From positions 1 to 64,000 of IMG/VR virus record IMGVR_UViG_2706796033_000001: 64,000 bases of DNA; one strand, written 5' to 3'. This DNA is from a virus (lineage: Duplodnaviria > Caudoviricetes). Position numbers and translations under genes: made by a program. Shown here piece after piece: positions 1 through 10,239 of this stretch. A model generated the notes under the pieces. That model saw only the letters and a list, made by a program, of their open reading frames with translations, searched no databases and was not told where the DNA came from. Within the stretch, counting starts at the first letter, position 1. Each line of letters begins with the position of its first letter.

Positions 1-95
1 AGCGACATTTCTCTCTCTGCCGAGCTAGGGCCGTTAAAAGGCCAGGAAAGTGCGACAAAACCGCTGGTCGCACCCACTTAAGGGGGTTTCAGCGC

Positions 96-428
96 ATGGG
101 CAAGCGTGGTGGTGACAACAACCCGACTGGTAAGCGGGGTCGGGACTCTCGGAAGGCCACTAGGGAGGCTTTCGAGGAGCGGAAGGCCGAAAGGGTGCCT
201 GATGGGTGGAGTCCGGACTTTTGGCGGTTGATGCGTGACGCTTCACGGTCTCAATCGACTAGTGAGGATGAGGCGATTATGGAGTTTCTTGCGCGAATGG
301 ATAAGTCGGGGCGCAGTTCGTGGGAGCGGGCGACTATTCAAGAGGCTAGGGATTACACGATGCGCGAAGAGGCGAACGTTATAGCTGAGGAAATGGGCCG
401 TAAGTACCGGGAGCTGACGGATCGTTGA
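96..428 (+). CDS. hypothetical protein (first gene of left arm)
   Basis: 110-aa ORF with AGGGGG SD upstream; no recognisable motif. Confidence 0.6.
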   Translation: MGKRGGDNNPTGKRGRDSRKATREAFEERKAERVPDGWSPDFWRLMRDASRSQSTSEDEAIMEFLARMDKSGRSSWERATIQEARDYTMREEANVIAEEMGRKYRELTDR

Positions 429-441
429 TAAGGGGGGATTT

Positions 442-831
442 ATGCCGCCACGTAAGCGGTTACCAGGTAAAAGTCCGGTTCCGCCGGGTCTCATGGAGGC
501 CGGTACCACGCTGTGGACGAGCATTACTGCCGATAGGGAACTTGACGCTGCGAGCCGAGTGCTTTTAGTCAATGCGTGTCGCATTGCGGACAGGCTGGAT
601 CAGCTTGATACCGAGATTGACGGTCGGCTGTTGTCGTATAACCAGCGTGGGGATGAGGTTATCAATCCGCTTATCTCTGAGCATCGTCAGCAGTACACGG
701 CTTTGGCGAACATTCTGGGCAAGATGGGGCTGGGTGAGTTGCCTAAGCCGAAGTCTGGTGAGTCGAAGTGGGATGAGCTGGCGAAGAAGCGTGCGGAGCG
801 TGCCGCTAAGGCTGCCGAGAAGGTGTCTTAG
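442..831 (+). CDS. terminase small subunit (P27-like)
   Basis: Size, position upstream of TerL, helical 'ACRIADRLDQL...INPLISEHRQQ..L..LG' pattern typical of actinophage TerS. Confidence 0.7.
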   Translation: MPPRKRLPGKSPVPPGLMEAGTTLWTSITADRELDAASRVLLVNACRIADRLDQLDTEIDGRLLSYNQRGDEVINPLISEHRQQYTALANILGKMGLGELPKPKSGESKWDELAKKRAERAAKAAEKVS

Positions 832-1034
832 TGCCGGGGATGATGCAGTCCATTCGGTCTGGGCGCGGGGTTGTTTGTCCCTGCTGCGACGAGTGGACGG
901 CCACTAGGGCGGCTGAGAAGCGCCAGTGGATGCGTGAGGCTGATGATGAGCGCGCTGAATACGAGTACATGCTTAAGCGCGCCATTCTTGGCGACATTGT
1001 TGATTCTCTAGAGATTGGATTTGGTGATGACTAA
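831..1034 (+). CDS. hypothetical protein
   Basis: 67-aa ORF coupled between TerS and TerL; CPCC motif. Confidence 0.55.
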   Translation: MPGMMQSIRSGRGVVCPCCDEWTATRAAEKRQWMREADDERAEYEYMLKRAILGDIVDSLEIGFGDD

Positions 1035-2602
1035 TGCCTATGACGGTCGCAGAGCCGTTGTCGGCGGAAGAGGTCGACCAGGCGCGGCTTGAGGCGCAAG
1101 TTTTCGCCGACGTTGCAGACCCTTCCGAGAAGTGGCCGGAGCTTACCGGTAATCAGAAACCTCGACTGAGTAACTATCCGACGTTCTTTACGTCGATGGC
1201 CGATGATGGCGTCGATTTTGTTGAGACGTTCGGTTACAACCTATTGCCCTGGCAAGAGGCTTTGTTTAGGCACTCGCTGGGCGAGACTATCGACGGCCTG
1301 TGGTCGGCCCGCCGGGTCGGCCTGATCGTTGTCAGGCAGCAAGGTAAGACGGAGCTGCTTGAGGCGCGGGAGCTGTTCGGCCTATTCGTGCTGAACGAGA
1401 AGATTTTCCATACGGCGCAGCAGGCTAAGACGGCAACTCTGTCTTGGCAGACGCTTCGGAACCGGATTGAGAACTATCCGGACCTGGCTGAAATGTGTAT
1501 GCGGCCTAAGAATGGCGGCGAAGAAACGTCGATCCGCCTTAAGGCTGGTAACGGCTATCTCGATGGTGACCGGTTCGTTCGGTATATCGCTCGGTCTCCT
1601 GACTCTGGTCGTGGTTTCCGGAATATCGACTTGGTTGTGTGTGACGAGGCTTATGCCTTGTCTAACGCCGAGTGGGGTTCTCTAGGTCCGACTCAGCGCG
1701 CTAACCGCAATCCGCAGACGTGGTTTACCAGTTCGGCGGGTACCGAGGATTCCGAGATGCTGACAAAGCTTCGGGACGTTGGTATCGCTAAGGCTGACCC
1801 GAACTTGCTTTTTGCGGAGTGGTCGCTACCTGAGGGTTCGGACCCGACTGACCGTGACTTGTGGCCGATTGCTCAGGCTTCGTTGGGTGCTCCGTTCTGT
1901 ACGGTGCGCAACCTTGAGGCCGAGTTCATGGGCATGGACTTTGTTGAGTTCGCCCGCGAGCACATGGGTATGTGGGACGACCCGCGCGTTAACTCCGTGA
2001 TCCCGATGGACAGTTGGGAAGCGTGCAAGATTCCGGACCTGCCTAATGGTGAACAGCCTTCGGTTGAGGTCGAGTGGACGGTTGCGTGTGTCGATGTGGC
2101 TCCGGACCGGGCGTGGGGTTCCATTGCGCTGGCCGGTAAGCGTCCGGATGGCCGGTCTCATGTTGAGGTTCTGGTGGCCGATGAGGGCACTAATTGGATT
2201 ATCCCGACGATGCAGCGGCTTATCAGCTCGAGTACGCCTCCTAGGGCGGTCGCTTTGCAGGCTGGTGCGCAAGCTGGCGCGTATTACGCGGAGCTTGAAC
2301 AGATCGGCTACAAGGTTCACATGCTGACGCCTCAGGAGGTTGCAGCGGCCACTGCGAAGTTTTACGACGACGTGGTTAGCGAGAAGCTGACTCACTTGGA
2401 CGACGACACGCTTGTGCAGGGTTTGGCCGGGGCTACTAAGTACCCAATCGGAAAGATTGAGCACGGCGGCTGGGGCTGGCTTCGTAAAGGTACGAACGTC
2501 GATATCACTGGAATTGTCGCGTGTTCTTACGCCAACCGGATTCTGACCCTGGAATCGGCTGAGGAATCCATGACTAAGAAGAAGCGGTACAGGATGGTGT
2601 AA
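1034..2602 (+). CDS. terminase large subunit
   Basis: PWQ adenine-binding motif, Walker A-like RQQGKT, Walker B VVCDEA, TSSAG motif III, C-terminal nuclease (VDVAPD...DITG). Confidence 0.93.
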   Translation: MPMTVAEPLSAEEVDQARLEAQVFADVADPSEKWPELTGNQKPRLSNYPTFFTSMADDGVDFVETFGYNLLPWQEALFRHSLGETIDGLWSARRVGLIVVRQQGKTELLEARELFGLFVLNEKIFHTAQQAKTATLSWQTLRNRIENYPDLAEMCMRPKNGGEETSIRLKAGNGYLDGDRFVRYIARSPDSGRGFRNIDLVVCDEAYALSNAEWGSLGPTQRANRNPQTWFTSSAGTEDSEMLTKLRDVGIAKADPNLLFAEWSLPEGSDPTDRDLWPIAQASLGAPFCTVRNLEAEFMGMDFVEFAREHMGMWDDPRVNSVIPMDSWEACKIPDLPNGEQPSVEVEWTVACVDVAPDRAWGSIALAGKRPDGRSHVEVLVADEGTNWIIPTMQRLISSSTPPRAVALQAGAQAGAYYAELEQIGYKVHMLTPQEVAAATAKFYDDVVSEKLTHLDDDTLVQGLAGATKYPIGKIEHGGWGWLRKGTNVDITGIVACSYANRILTLESAEESMTKKKRYRMV

Positions 2603-4258
2603 ATGGCTATTGAACTTCCCGAGGAAATCTCGGACGGTGACGTTCGGAAGTTCGTTGAGAATGAGTTGTGGCCGGAGTTTGTGCGGCGGCGCGACAAGTT
2701 GGACAAGATTGCTAACTGGGCGCGCGGCGAGCAGCCGGATTATTTGATCCAGAATGCTAACCGGGAGAAGCGGGCGCTTCTTAAGCTGGCTAAGACTCCG
2801 TGGTTGGGGCTGGTGGTCACGCATTTCACTCAGGCGTTGTTTGTGGACGGCTATCGGGCTGAGGGTTCTAAAGAGAACACTAAGGGGCCTTGGCAGACGT
2901 GGAATGCGAACAACATGCAGTCTCGTCAGATTGCGATTCACCGGGCGGCGTTGACCTATGGGTATGCGTATGCGCGTGTGCTGCCGGGTGAGGCGTGGGA
3001 CGGTAAGAATCAGGCTGAGATTCGTGGTGTGTCTCCGCGTCGTCTGTTGGCCTTGTATGAGGATCAGATCAACGACGAGTACCCACGGTATGCGTTAGAG
3101 CTTGCCGCTAACGGTAAGTATGTGCGGCTTTACACGGACGAGTTCTATTACGAGCTTAAGATGCCGTCGCCGGGGAATTTCCCTAACGAGCAGACGATTA
3201 AGAAGGTTCGTCACGGTGTGGGTGTGTGCCCGTTTGTGCGGTACGTGAACATGATGGACCTGGACGGCTTCACTATGGGTGAGGTCGAGTATCTGGTGCC
3301 GGTGGCGTCGAAGATCGACAAGACGGACTATGACCGTCTGTTGGCGCAGCATTACAACTCTTGGAAAGTCAAGGTCGCTACTGGCATTGACGATCTGTCT
3401 GAGGACGCTACGCCGGAGGAGCAACAGCGGGCGAAGTTGATCCTGGCTCAGGACGACATTCTGATGCACGGCAACCATGAGGCGAAGTTCTACACGCTGC
3501 CGGAGACGAGCCTGGACGGCTTCATTGCGGCGCATACGCAGGACGTTGAAATCCTCGCTAACAACGCTCAGGTGCCGGTGTGGATTCTTAATGGGCAGCT
3601 TGCCAATCTTTCGGCAGACGCGCTTACAGCGGCCACTAAGGGCACGATCCAGAAGCTTTATGAGCGTCAGGTGACGTTTGGGTCGGCGCATAACCAGTTG
3701 CTTCGGCTCGCGGCGCATGTCGAGGGTGACACTGCGGGCGCGCGTGACTTCACGGCCAGTGTGTCGTGGCAGGACACGTCGGTGCGGTCGCTGGCTCAGG
3801 CTGTGGACGCTTATGGCAAGGCCGCGACGATGTTGGGTATGCCTAAGGAATTTCTGTGGGGTCTGATCCCTGGCATTACTAAGTCTGATGTTGAGCAGAT
3901 GCGTGAGCACTTCAACGATGACGACGAGATGACGCAGATGCTCTTGTGGTGGACGGCTAATGGTCCCGGTGGCGAGTTTGCAGCCGAGATTGAGGTTGAT
4001 ACGCAGAAGCAGGTCATTGAGGCTCAGGGCGATGTGCAGAAGGCATTGCAGGATGCGCAGGCTAAGGCTCAGAAGGATTTGGCTAAGCAGAATGCGGAGG
4101 CGCAGCGGAAGCAGGCTGTGGAGGTCGCTAAGGCGACTCCGGCTCAGCCTGCCGGTGGCACGGCTCCGACTGCACGCAAGACCAGCTCTACGTCCAAGCG
4201 GACGGCTAAGAAGTCCGGCGGGGTGAGTGGTAACGACCCGGCGAGTAGGGCTGCATAA
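2603..4258 (+). CDS. portal protein
   Basis: 551 aa directly after TerL; SPP1 gp6-like actinophage portal motifs (HGVGVCPFVRY, NLSADAL). Confidence 0.9.
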   Translation: MAIELPEEISDGDVRKFVENELWPEFVRRRDKLDKIANWARGEQPDYLIQNANREKRALLKLAKTPWLGLVVTHFTQALFVDGYRAEGSKENTKGPWQTWNANNMQSRQIAIHRAALTYGYAYARVLPGEAWDGKNQAEIRGVSPRRLLALYEDQINDEYPRYALELAANGKYVRLYTDEFYYELKMPSPGNFPNEQTIKKVRHGVGVCPFVRYVNMMDLDGFTMGEVEYLVPVASKIDKTDYDRLLAQHYNSWKVKVATGIDDLSEDATPEEQQRAKLILAQDDILMHGNHEAKFYTLPETSLDGFIAAHTQDVEILANNAQVPVWILNGQLANLSADALTAATKGTIQKLYERQVTFGSAHNQLLRLAAHVEGDTAGARDFTASVSWQDTSVRSLAQAVDAYGKAATMLGMPKEFLWGLIPGITKSDVEQMREHFNDDDEMTQMLLWWTANGPGGEFAAEIEVDTQKQVIEAQGDVQKALQDAQAKAQKDLAKQNAEAQRKQAVEVAKATPAQPAGGTAPTARKTSSTSKRTAKKSGGVSGNDPASRAA

Positions 4259-4275
4259 CTGAATAAGGGGGATGG

Positions 4276-5343
4276 GTGGCTGAGGACGCAGAAGATCAGG
4301 ATGAGGATAAGAAGCGTCTAGCCGCTGCCCCGTTGATCGCGGTTCCTGCCCTGGCCGCTTGGTATGCGACTAAGCATGTCGAGCGCCAGGAGCAGATCGC
4401 GGCGTCGACCACGGCGGGCCTGGCCCTGTTGTGGCCGATCATTAACTTTGGCGATCTGGACGGGTCAACTCCGGCCTGGCTGCACGCAACCACGCTACAG
4501 ATTAAGACGGGCTGGGATGAGTCCAGCGAAGCGGCGTTTGAGTATGTGCAGCAGGCTTTGTTTGCGAACGAGCCAGACGCTACGCCACCTGTTAAGGCGG
4601 CGGTGAATTTTCCCGCGCAGGATATCCAAACTGCGATGCGGGTTCGCGGTCCGGTTGAGGTTAAGCGCCAAGTTGCGCGCGCTAAGCCTGAGTCGGAGGC
4701 GATGGAAGCCGGTAAATCGGCCTCACAGGCAGTGGGTGCCACTAAGGCGACTGACGGCGGTCGCGCTGAGGTTTTGCAGTTCGTGCATCGAGAAGCCCCC
4801 CGGCGGTTAAAGCAGGGTAAGCCTATCGGGTACGCGCGTAAGACCGACAATAATCCGTGCTACTTCTGCGCCATTTTGGCGTCACAAGGGGCGGTGTACT
4901 ACAAGGAGACTGCGTTCGCGGATTCAAGTTCTAAGCTCCGCGAGGTTAAGTGGTCTAGCAATAGTGACAAGGGCGCGAGGCGCGCGTTCATCGGTGACGG
5001 CCCGGCCAAGGTGCATGACAATTGTCAATGCACTATGCGACCGGTGTTCAGTGAAAAAGACAAATGGGATGAGCGCGCCAAGTTTTTCCTTGACCAGTGG
5101 ATAGCGCACGGTCACGGCGGGGTTGGTCCGGACGGTAAGTACCGTTCGGCGGAACAGAACTTCCGGCGTAATTATGTGTCGCCACCACCTTACAGCGCAG
5201 ATGTGCTGGATTTAAGCGAGCGCCGGAAGATTATTGCCGACGTTCAAAATAACCGTGAGCGGCTTATCGCTCGCGGGTTTAAGGCGGATTCGCCAAACGT
5301 CAAATTTATTGACGATTCGATTAAGAGACTAAGCATCGCTTAG
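4276..5343 (+). CDS. MuF-like head morphogenesis / capsid maturation protein
   Basis: After portal; C.FC..LASQG and HDNCQC motifs. Confidence 0.75.
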   Translation: MAEDAEDQDEDKKRLAAAPLIAVPALAAWYATKHVERQEQIAASTTAGLALLWPIINFGDLDGSTPAWLHATTLQIKTGWDESSEAAFEYVQQALFANEPDATPPVKAAVNFPAQDIQTAMRVRGPVEVKRQVARAKPESEAMEAGKSASQAVGATKATDGGRAEVLQFVHREAPRRLKQGKPIGYARKTDNNPCYFCAILASQGAVYYKETAFADSSSKLREVKWSSNSDKGARRAFIGDGPAKVHDNCQCTMRPVFSEKDKWDERAKFFLDQWIAHGHGGVGPDGKYRSAEQNFRRNYVSPPPYSADVLDLSERRKIIADVQNNRERLIARGFKADSPNVKFIDDSIKRLSIA

Positions 5344-5395
5344 GACGCGGAACAGTCACGCGTTTTTATTGACTGGCTTTTGAAGGAATTTTCTT

Positions 5396-6001
5396 ATGTC
5401 TGATATTGACCCTACTGAGAACAATGATCCTGCTGACAACGATCCTGCTGGTGGCGATCCTGCCGATAAGGGTGGCGAGAGCACGTTTAAGGCGATCACG
5501 TCGCAGGACGAGTTTGACAAGGCTGTTGCGCGTCGGGTGGCGCGTGAGCGGAAGAAGTACGAAGGCTTTGAGGACTTCAAGGCTAAGGCTGAGCAGCTAG
5601 AGAAGCTTGAGGCTGAGAAGGGTTCGGATATCGAGAAGCTGACTCGTCGTGCTGAGAAGGCCGAGGGTGAGCTTGCCAAGTTGACCGAGAAGCTGACTAA
5701 GGCTGAGCGGAATGAGCTTGTGCGGGATATCGCGGATGAAATGGGTCTGCCTAAGAAGCTCGCTAAGCGGGTTCAGGGCGATACCGAGGACGACATTCGC
5801 GCAGACATTGAGGATCTTCTAGAGGGCCTGCCAAAGGGTGAACAGAAGGTCGAGAAGGCCGAGGACGGCGAGAAGAAGAAGCCGCCTACTCAGGCTCCTA
5901 AGGCTCGCATGACTTTCACGTCGACTGGTGATGAGTCGGATGACGGGTTGGAGCTTAGTGCCGACGACATTCTTAAGGATATTCCGCGCGGCAGCGCTTA
6001 A
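5396..6001 (+). CDS. capsid scaffolding protein
   Basis: Acidic coiled-coil, SQDEFDKAVARRVARERKKY, upstream of the major capsid gene. Confidence 0.85.
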   Translation: MSDIDPTENNDPADNDPAGGDPADKGGESTFKAITSQDEFDKAVARRVARERKKYEGFEDFKAKAEQLEKLEAEKGSDIEKLTRRAEKAEGELAKLTEKLTKAERNELVRDIADEMGLPKKLAKRVQGDTEDDIRADIEDLLEGLPKGEQKVEKAEDGEKKKPPTQAPKARMTFTSTGDESDDGLELSADDILKDIPRGSA

Positions 6002-6043
6002 TTAGCAGTCAATAACTTAATAACAAATTAATAGGAGAAACAT

Positions 6044-7192
6044 ATGGCACACATTTTCGTGAAGCCGGAACTCGTCGCTGAGATTGGCGTTAAGCAGCTA
6101 CAGCGCGAGATCGTTCTACCTGGCCTGGTGTGGACCAACCCGCTGACCAATTTCGGCGGTTCTAAGAATGACACGATTACCGTGCGCGTTCCGGCCATCA
6201 CCACGGCTAACCGGCGCGACCTGCGTGATACGGACCGTTCGGTCGTCGCTTCTGAGCTGGTTGAGCATTCATTCGGCGTGACGCTGGATAAGCACATCTA
6301 TGCCGCGCTTAAGTTCACGGATGAGCAGCGCACGTTGGATATCCGCGACTACACGTCGCAGGTGCTTGTGCCGCAGGTCTCGGCTGTTGCTTACGAGCTT
6401 GAGGATTACATCGCTGAGCTGATCGAGGGTGCTCCTTACGAGGAAACCATTCTGATTGACCCATCTGATACGGTCCCGGCGTTTATCACGGCTGACCAGC
6501 GTATGGGTGAGGCTTTTGTGCCTACGGATGGCCGTACCCTGGTGGTCGGTTCTGCCGTGGCTGCGGCTCTGGCTAAGGATAAGCAGTTCCGTCATGCTGA
6601 TTGGTCTGGCGATCAGGCTAACTCGGCTCTGCGTGAGGCTCATGTGGGCCGTCTGGCCGGTATGAACGTGATTCGTTCTCTGGCTATCGCGCCGGACAAG
6701 GCTTATCTGTGGCACCGGACCGCCTTTATCCTGGCTTACCGGACGCCGGTTGTGCCGGAGGGCGCTAAGGCTGGTGCTTCGTTCTCGGCTAACAACGTGG
6801 CTCTGCGTTGGCTGGCGGACTACGACTACAGCCAGCTTGGGGACCGGACCCTGCTTGACGTGTTCACTGGCCGCAAGGTCGTGACTGAGGTCGACGGGTC
6901 GTTCGTGCGCGCTGTGGAGCTACAGCTAACCGCTGCGGGTGTCTCGATTGTGGGTGGCGACTTCGCGCTTGCGACCAAGACTGGCACGCGCCAGCTCAAG
7001 GTTCGTGACGACAACGGCACCGACGTTACGGCGCGTTGCACCTTTACGTCGGCCACTCCTGCTAAGGCCACGGTTTCGGCTTCTGGCCTGGTGACGGGTG
7101 TGGATTCGGGTACCTCGGTGATCACGGCGTCTTACGTTCCGCCTCAGGGTGGCGCGGCTAAGACGGCTACCGCTACGGTCACCGTTCCTTAG
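6044..7192 (+). CDS. major capsid protein with C-terminal Ig-like (Big_2) domain
   Basis: Position, strong AGGAG SD, P22-coat-like N-terminus (DTITVRVP), C-terminal ATVSASGLVTGV Ig motif. Confidence 0.9.
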   Translation: MAHIFVKPELVAEIGVKQLQREIVLPGLVWTNPLTNFGGSKNDTITVRVPAITTANRRDLRDTDRSVVASELVEHSFGVTLDKHIYAALKFTDEQRTLDIRDYTSQVLVPQVSAVAYELEDYIAELIEGAPYEETILIDPSDTVPAFITADQRMGEAFVPTDGRTLVVGSAVAAALAKDKQFRHADWSGDQANSALREAHVGRLAGMNVIRSLAIAPDKAYLWHRTAFILAYRTPVVPEGAKAGASFSANNVALRWLADYDYSQLGDRTLLDVFTGRKVVTEVDGSFVRAVELQLTAAGVSIVGGDFALATKTGTRQLKVRDDNGTDVTARCTFTSATPAKATVSASGLVTGVDSGTSVITASYVPPQGGAAKTATATVTVP

Positions 7193-7203
7193 TCGAGGCT
7201 CTT

Positions 7204-7668
7204 ATGGCGGGTCTAGCGTCCATTGAGGACTTGCAGACCCTCATGTCTCAGGTGTTTGAAGGCGATGAGCTAGAGCAGGCCAAGCTTGTTCTAGACATTG
7301 TTTCTTCGTGGGCGCGGGTGGTGTCGGGTCGAGCGTGGCCCGACGCCCCCGCCGACGTTCCTGAGGATGTGCGGGCTGTTGTGTTGCAGGCGTCCCGCCG
7401 GGAGCTTAAGAACCCTGACCGCGTTATCTCGCGGCAGATGGGTCCGTTCAACGTCCAGTATTCCCAGCCGCCGGACGGGTTCTTTTACCCGGCTGAGTTG
7501 GCGATCCTTAAGCGCTTTAAGCGTAGCGGGGGGTTGCAGACGGTGAGCACTTCTCGCGGCGAGGAAGGACGGCCTTGGGCCGGTAAGACGGCCTTTATTC
7601 GATACGGGGACGGTTTGTTCCCGTTCTGTAGCGAGGACGACGGGTACGGAGATGTGGTGCCCTGGTGA
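7204..7668 (+). CDS. head-to-tail adaptor
   Basis: LASIEDL N-terminus, RELKNPD...MGPF motif, synteny. Confidence 0.8.
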   Translation: MAGLASIEDLQTLMSQVFEGDELEQAKLVLDIVSSWARVVSGRAWPDAPADVPEDVRAVVLQASRRELKNPDRVISRQMGPFNVQYSQPPDGFFYPAELAILKRFKRSGGLQTVSTSRGEEGRPWAGKTAFIRYGDGLFPFCSEDDGYGDVVPW

Positions 7669-8003
7669 ACGATGAGACTTTAACCGTTTACCGGGGCGAC
7701 ACGGATAAGTACGGCAATCCGAATAAGGAGGTCCACGGCACCGTAAAGGGCATCTTTGCGTGGGGGCCGGGGACCAGCACCAACAAGTTTGGCCGTAAGC
7801 AGAATTTCAAGGGTGAGAGTTCAAGCCTGACTGCTGAGCTGTATGTGAAGCGGGGCGCGGACCTTAAGGCTCGGGATCGTATCGAGCGTGCTAACGGTGA
7901 GGTTTATGCCGTCGTTGGTCATTCGATGTGGGATCAGGGGCACGCCTTTGATGGGTTCGACTTCGGCTACATGGTGTTTCAGGTGGAGGCGGTGAATGGG
8001 TAA
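7665..8003 (+). CDS. head-to-tail stopper
   Basis: DKYGNP motif, size, synteny. Confidence 0.75.
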   Translation: MNDETLTVYRGDTDKYGNPNKEVHGTVKGIFAWGPGTSTNKFGRKQNFKGESSSLTAELYVKRGADLKARDRIERANGEVYAVVGHSMWDQGHAFDGFDFGYMVFQVEAVNG

Positions 8004-8434
8004 TGCCTGCTGCTGGTACAACGATTGGGCACAGGCTTACTGACATTCAGATTCCGAACCCTAACCGTGGTTTGGCGCAAATTCTGCTTAGCCCGAACAT
8101 GGAATTGCTCATGGGCATTATCGGCCAGGAGGTCGTGCTTGCCTATCGGGCGGGGGTTGCTAAGCGGACCGGAAAGCTTATGTCGTCCGCGAGCGCGGAA
8201 ACGATGATTGGCGGTAAGAAGAATGACCGCTGGGTTTCGCACGTCACTATCGGCGGCGAAACGGCTGTGTCGACGTGGCACAGTCCACGTAACCCTAATC
8301 CTGGTGACCTGTTCTTTTACGGCGTTCTTCATGAGCACGGCGACGGTGGCAATCCGCCTTCGGGTTGGGATTTCCCTGCCCATAAGGATTTGAAGAAAGC
8401 TCTGGCCGTCGTTAAGGCGAAGAACGGGGCTTAA
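8003..8434 (+). CDS. neck / tail completion protein (HK97 gp10-like)
   Basis: RTGKL..S and Y...HEHG motifs, synteny. Confidence 0.6.
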   Translation: MPAAGTTIGHRLTDIQIPNPNRGLAQILLSPNMELLMGIIGQEVVLAYRAGVAKRTGKLMSSASAETMIGGKKNDRWVSHVTIGGETAVSTWHSPRNPNPGDLFFYGVLHEHGDGGNPPSGWDFPAHKDLKKALAVVKAKNGA

Positions 8435-8443
8435 GGGGGGCTT

Positions 8444-8920
8444 ATGTCTTTGGTTCTGCCGGATTGGTACGAGGATAATTTCGTAAACATCGAGAACCTG
8501 TTTATCGACATTTTCACGAAACTGCTGCCAAGTTATGAGTCGGGGTGTTGGTTGCCTGACGATTGGCTTGATAATGCGGACCCTGACCCGACGTTGTGGT
8601 TCTTCCGGTTGCCGGGGGGCCAGGTGAACTGGGACGCCCGTAAGGACGAGTGCCAGTTGCAGGTCATGGCCGTTACTGGGTCGCGCGATGATTCGTGGCG
8701 GCTGATGAACTTTGTCCGGTCAATCCTGCTGCCTATGCAGGGGGACAAGTTCAAGATGGCGGACGGTTACACGGCGCAGATTCGCTGCGATAAAGAGGTG
8801 GCCGGGCCGCAATTGCTGACGCCGAATCAGAGGATCGACAACCGCGTTGTCACGGCGACGTTCCAGGTGTCGGTGTCGATAAAAACCGCGAAGCACTACA
8901 AGGAACATTTGTACGCTTAG
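8444..8920 (+). CDS. tail terminator protein
   Basis: Immediately before major tail gene; size and RLPGG motif. Confidence 0.7.
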   Translation: MSLVLPDWYEDNFVNIENLFIDIFTKLLPSYESGCWLPDDWLDNADPDPTLWFFRLPGGQVNWDARKDECQLQVMAVTGSRDDSWRLMNFVRSILLPMQGDKFKMADGYTAQIRCDKEVAGPQLLTPNQRIDNRVVTATFQVSVSIKTAKHYKEHLYA

Positions 8921-8947
8921 CGCACAATTAAATAAGGACAACTTAAT

Positions 8948-9850
8948 ATGGCTGATTTTTACACGATTAAGGATGCGCAGGCTGACCTAGCGATTGCGCC
9001 TCTTAACCTGACCGTGCTTCTGGCCCCGTATTCGGTGACCCCGGCGCTAACGCTTGAGTCTGCCGTTGACGGGTCGCTGGAAATTCCTGCTGGCTACAAG
9101 TCTGTGGGCCATTTCCAGAAGCAGGCGGGTCTGACGCTCGGTAACGAGTTCGACTCGAAGGATATTGAGGCTTACGGCGAGCCTGAGCCGATCCGCACGA
9201 TTATCAACAAGCGGACCACGACGTTCGATTTCTCGATGTACCAGAACCAGCGCAACGTGCTTGAGCTGATCTGGACGCAGGACTTCTCGGATGTTGTGCC
9301 TTCGGAGTTCGGTGGCATTGTTCTGGAAGCGCCTAAGGTGCCGAAGAACATCTACTACCGGGCGATCCTGGTTGGTCTGGATGACCGTAATGACCGTGAG
9401 GTTTGGGTCTACTGGCTGATGCCGAAGGTGAAGCTGGATCGGCTGGATAACCAGACGCTCAATGACGACAACGTTCTTGAGTACAAGCCGACGCTTAAGG
9501 CGTTCCGTGACGATGTTGTGGGCTACTCGGTGGCTCAGGGCTTCGCGGGGCCGGGCTGGCGCGACATTGTGGCTACGGCTGGCTTTGGTCAGGCGCTTAC
9601 CGCTCTGACGATCACGCCTGCGGCTCCGGAGGTCACGGTGGCGTCTGGTGCTTCGCATACGGCGCAGCTTCTAGTTGAGGGTGACAACGGCATTAACTAC
9701 ACGCCGGATTGCACCTTCACGTCGAGCGATCCGCTTAAGGCGACGGTCTCGGCTAACGGTCTGGTGACCGGCGTTGCGGCTGGTACCGCGACGATCACGG
9801 CTAAGAAGGGCGCGCTGACGGCTACGGCCACGGTGACCGTTACTGCTTAG
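8948..9850 (+). CDS. major tail tube protein with C-terminal Ig-like domain
   Basis: IEAYGEPEPIRT motif of mycobacteriophage tail tube proteins; C-terminal Big_2-like repeat. Confidence 0.9.
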   Translation: MADFYTIKDAQADLAIAPLNLTVLLAPYSVTPALTLESAVDGSLEIPAGYKSVGHFQKQAGLTLGNEFDSKDIEAYGEPEPIRTIINKRTTTFDFSMYQNQRNVLELIWTQDFSDVVPSEFGGIVLEAPKVPKNIYYRAILVGLDDRNDREVWVYWLMPKVKLDRLDNQTLNDDNVLEYKPTLKAFRDDVVGYSVAQGFAGPGWRDIVATAGFGQALTALTITPAAPEVTVASGASHTAQLLVEGDNGINYTPDCTFTSSDPLKATVSANGLVTGVAAGTATITAKKGALTATATVTVTA

Positions 9851-9868
9851 TCGCAGTTTGGGGGGAAT

Positions 9869-9905
9869 GAGGGGGGCGGGCTTAGGTTCGCTCCCCTCTC
9901 CCTTT
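9869..9905 (+). terminator. putative intrinsic terminator/attenuator after major tail gene
   Basis: G-rich/C-rich inverted repeat followed by TTTGTT. Confidence 0.45.
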
Positions 9906-9933
9906 GTTGTCTGAATTACCTAAAGGGGGAAGA

Positions 9934-10239
9934 ATGCTTATGGAAGAAAACAAGGAACTGAACGATCTGGTTGGTTCGCTATTCGCTGATCTGATTGCGT
10001 CGGTGCGGGTGCCTGAGCCGCTACACGTTGCGCCTGGCTTGGTGGTGAAGAACCCGACTAAGAAGCAGGCTAACGCGCTGATCAAGGCGGTTACTGAGGA
10101 GGAGGCGCAGCGCATCATCTTTGGTGATGACTATGACCGCGCTATGGAGCTGTTTGATCCTCAGCCTGTGCAGGTGTGGAACAAGTTTATGGCTAAGTAC
10201 AACGAGCACTTTTTCGGAGATAAGGACTCGGGAAAGTAA
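9934..10239 (+). CDS. tail assembly chaperone (short form)
   Basis: Between major tail and tape measure; ends in GGGAAAG-TAA slippery site. Confidence 0.85.
   Translation: MLMEENKELNDLVGSLFADLIASVRVPEPLHVAPGLVVKNPTKKQANALIKAVTEEEAQRIIFGDDYDRAMELFDPQPVQVWNKFMAKYNEHFFGDKDSGK

Noticed and set aside
1826-3910. Long minus-strand ORFs (371 and 271 aa) and similar antisense ORFs across the structural region
   Set aside because: Shadows of well-supported + strand genes in GC-rich DNA; no motifs or SD
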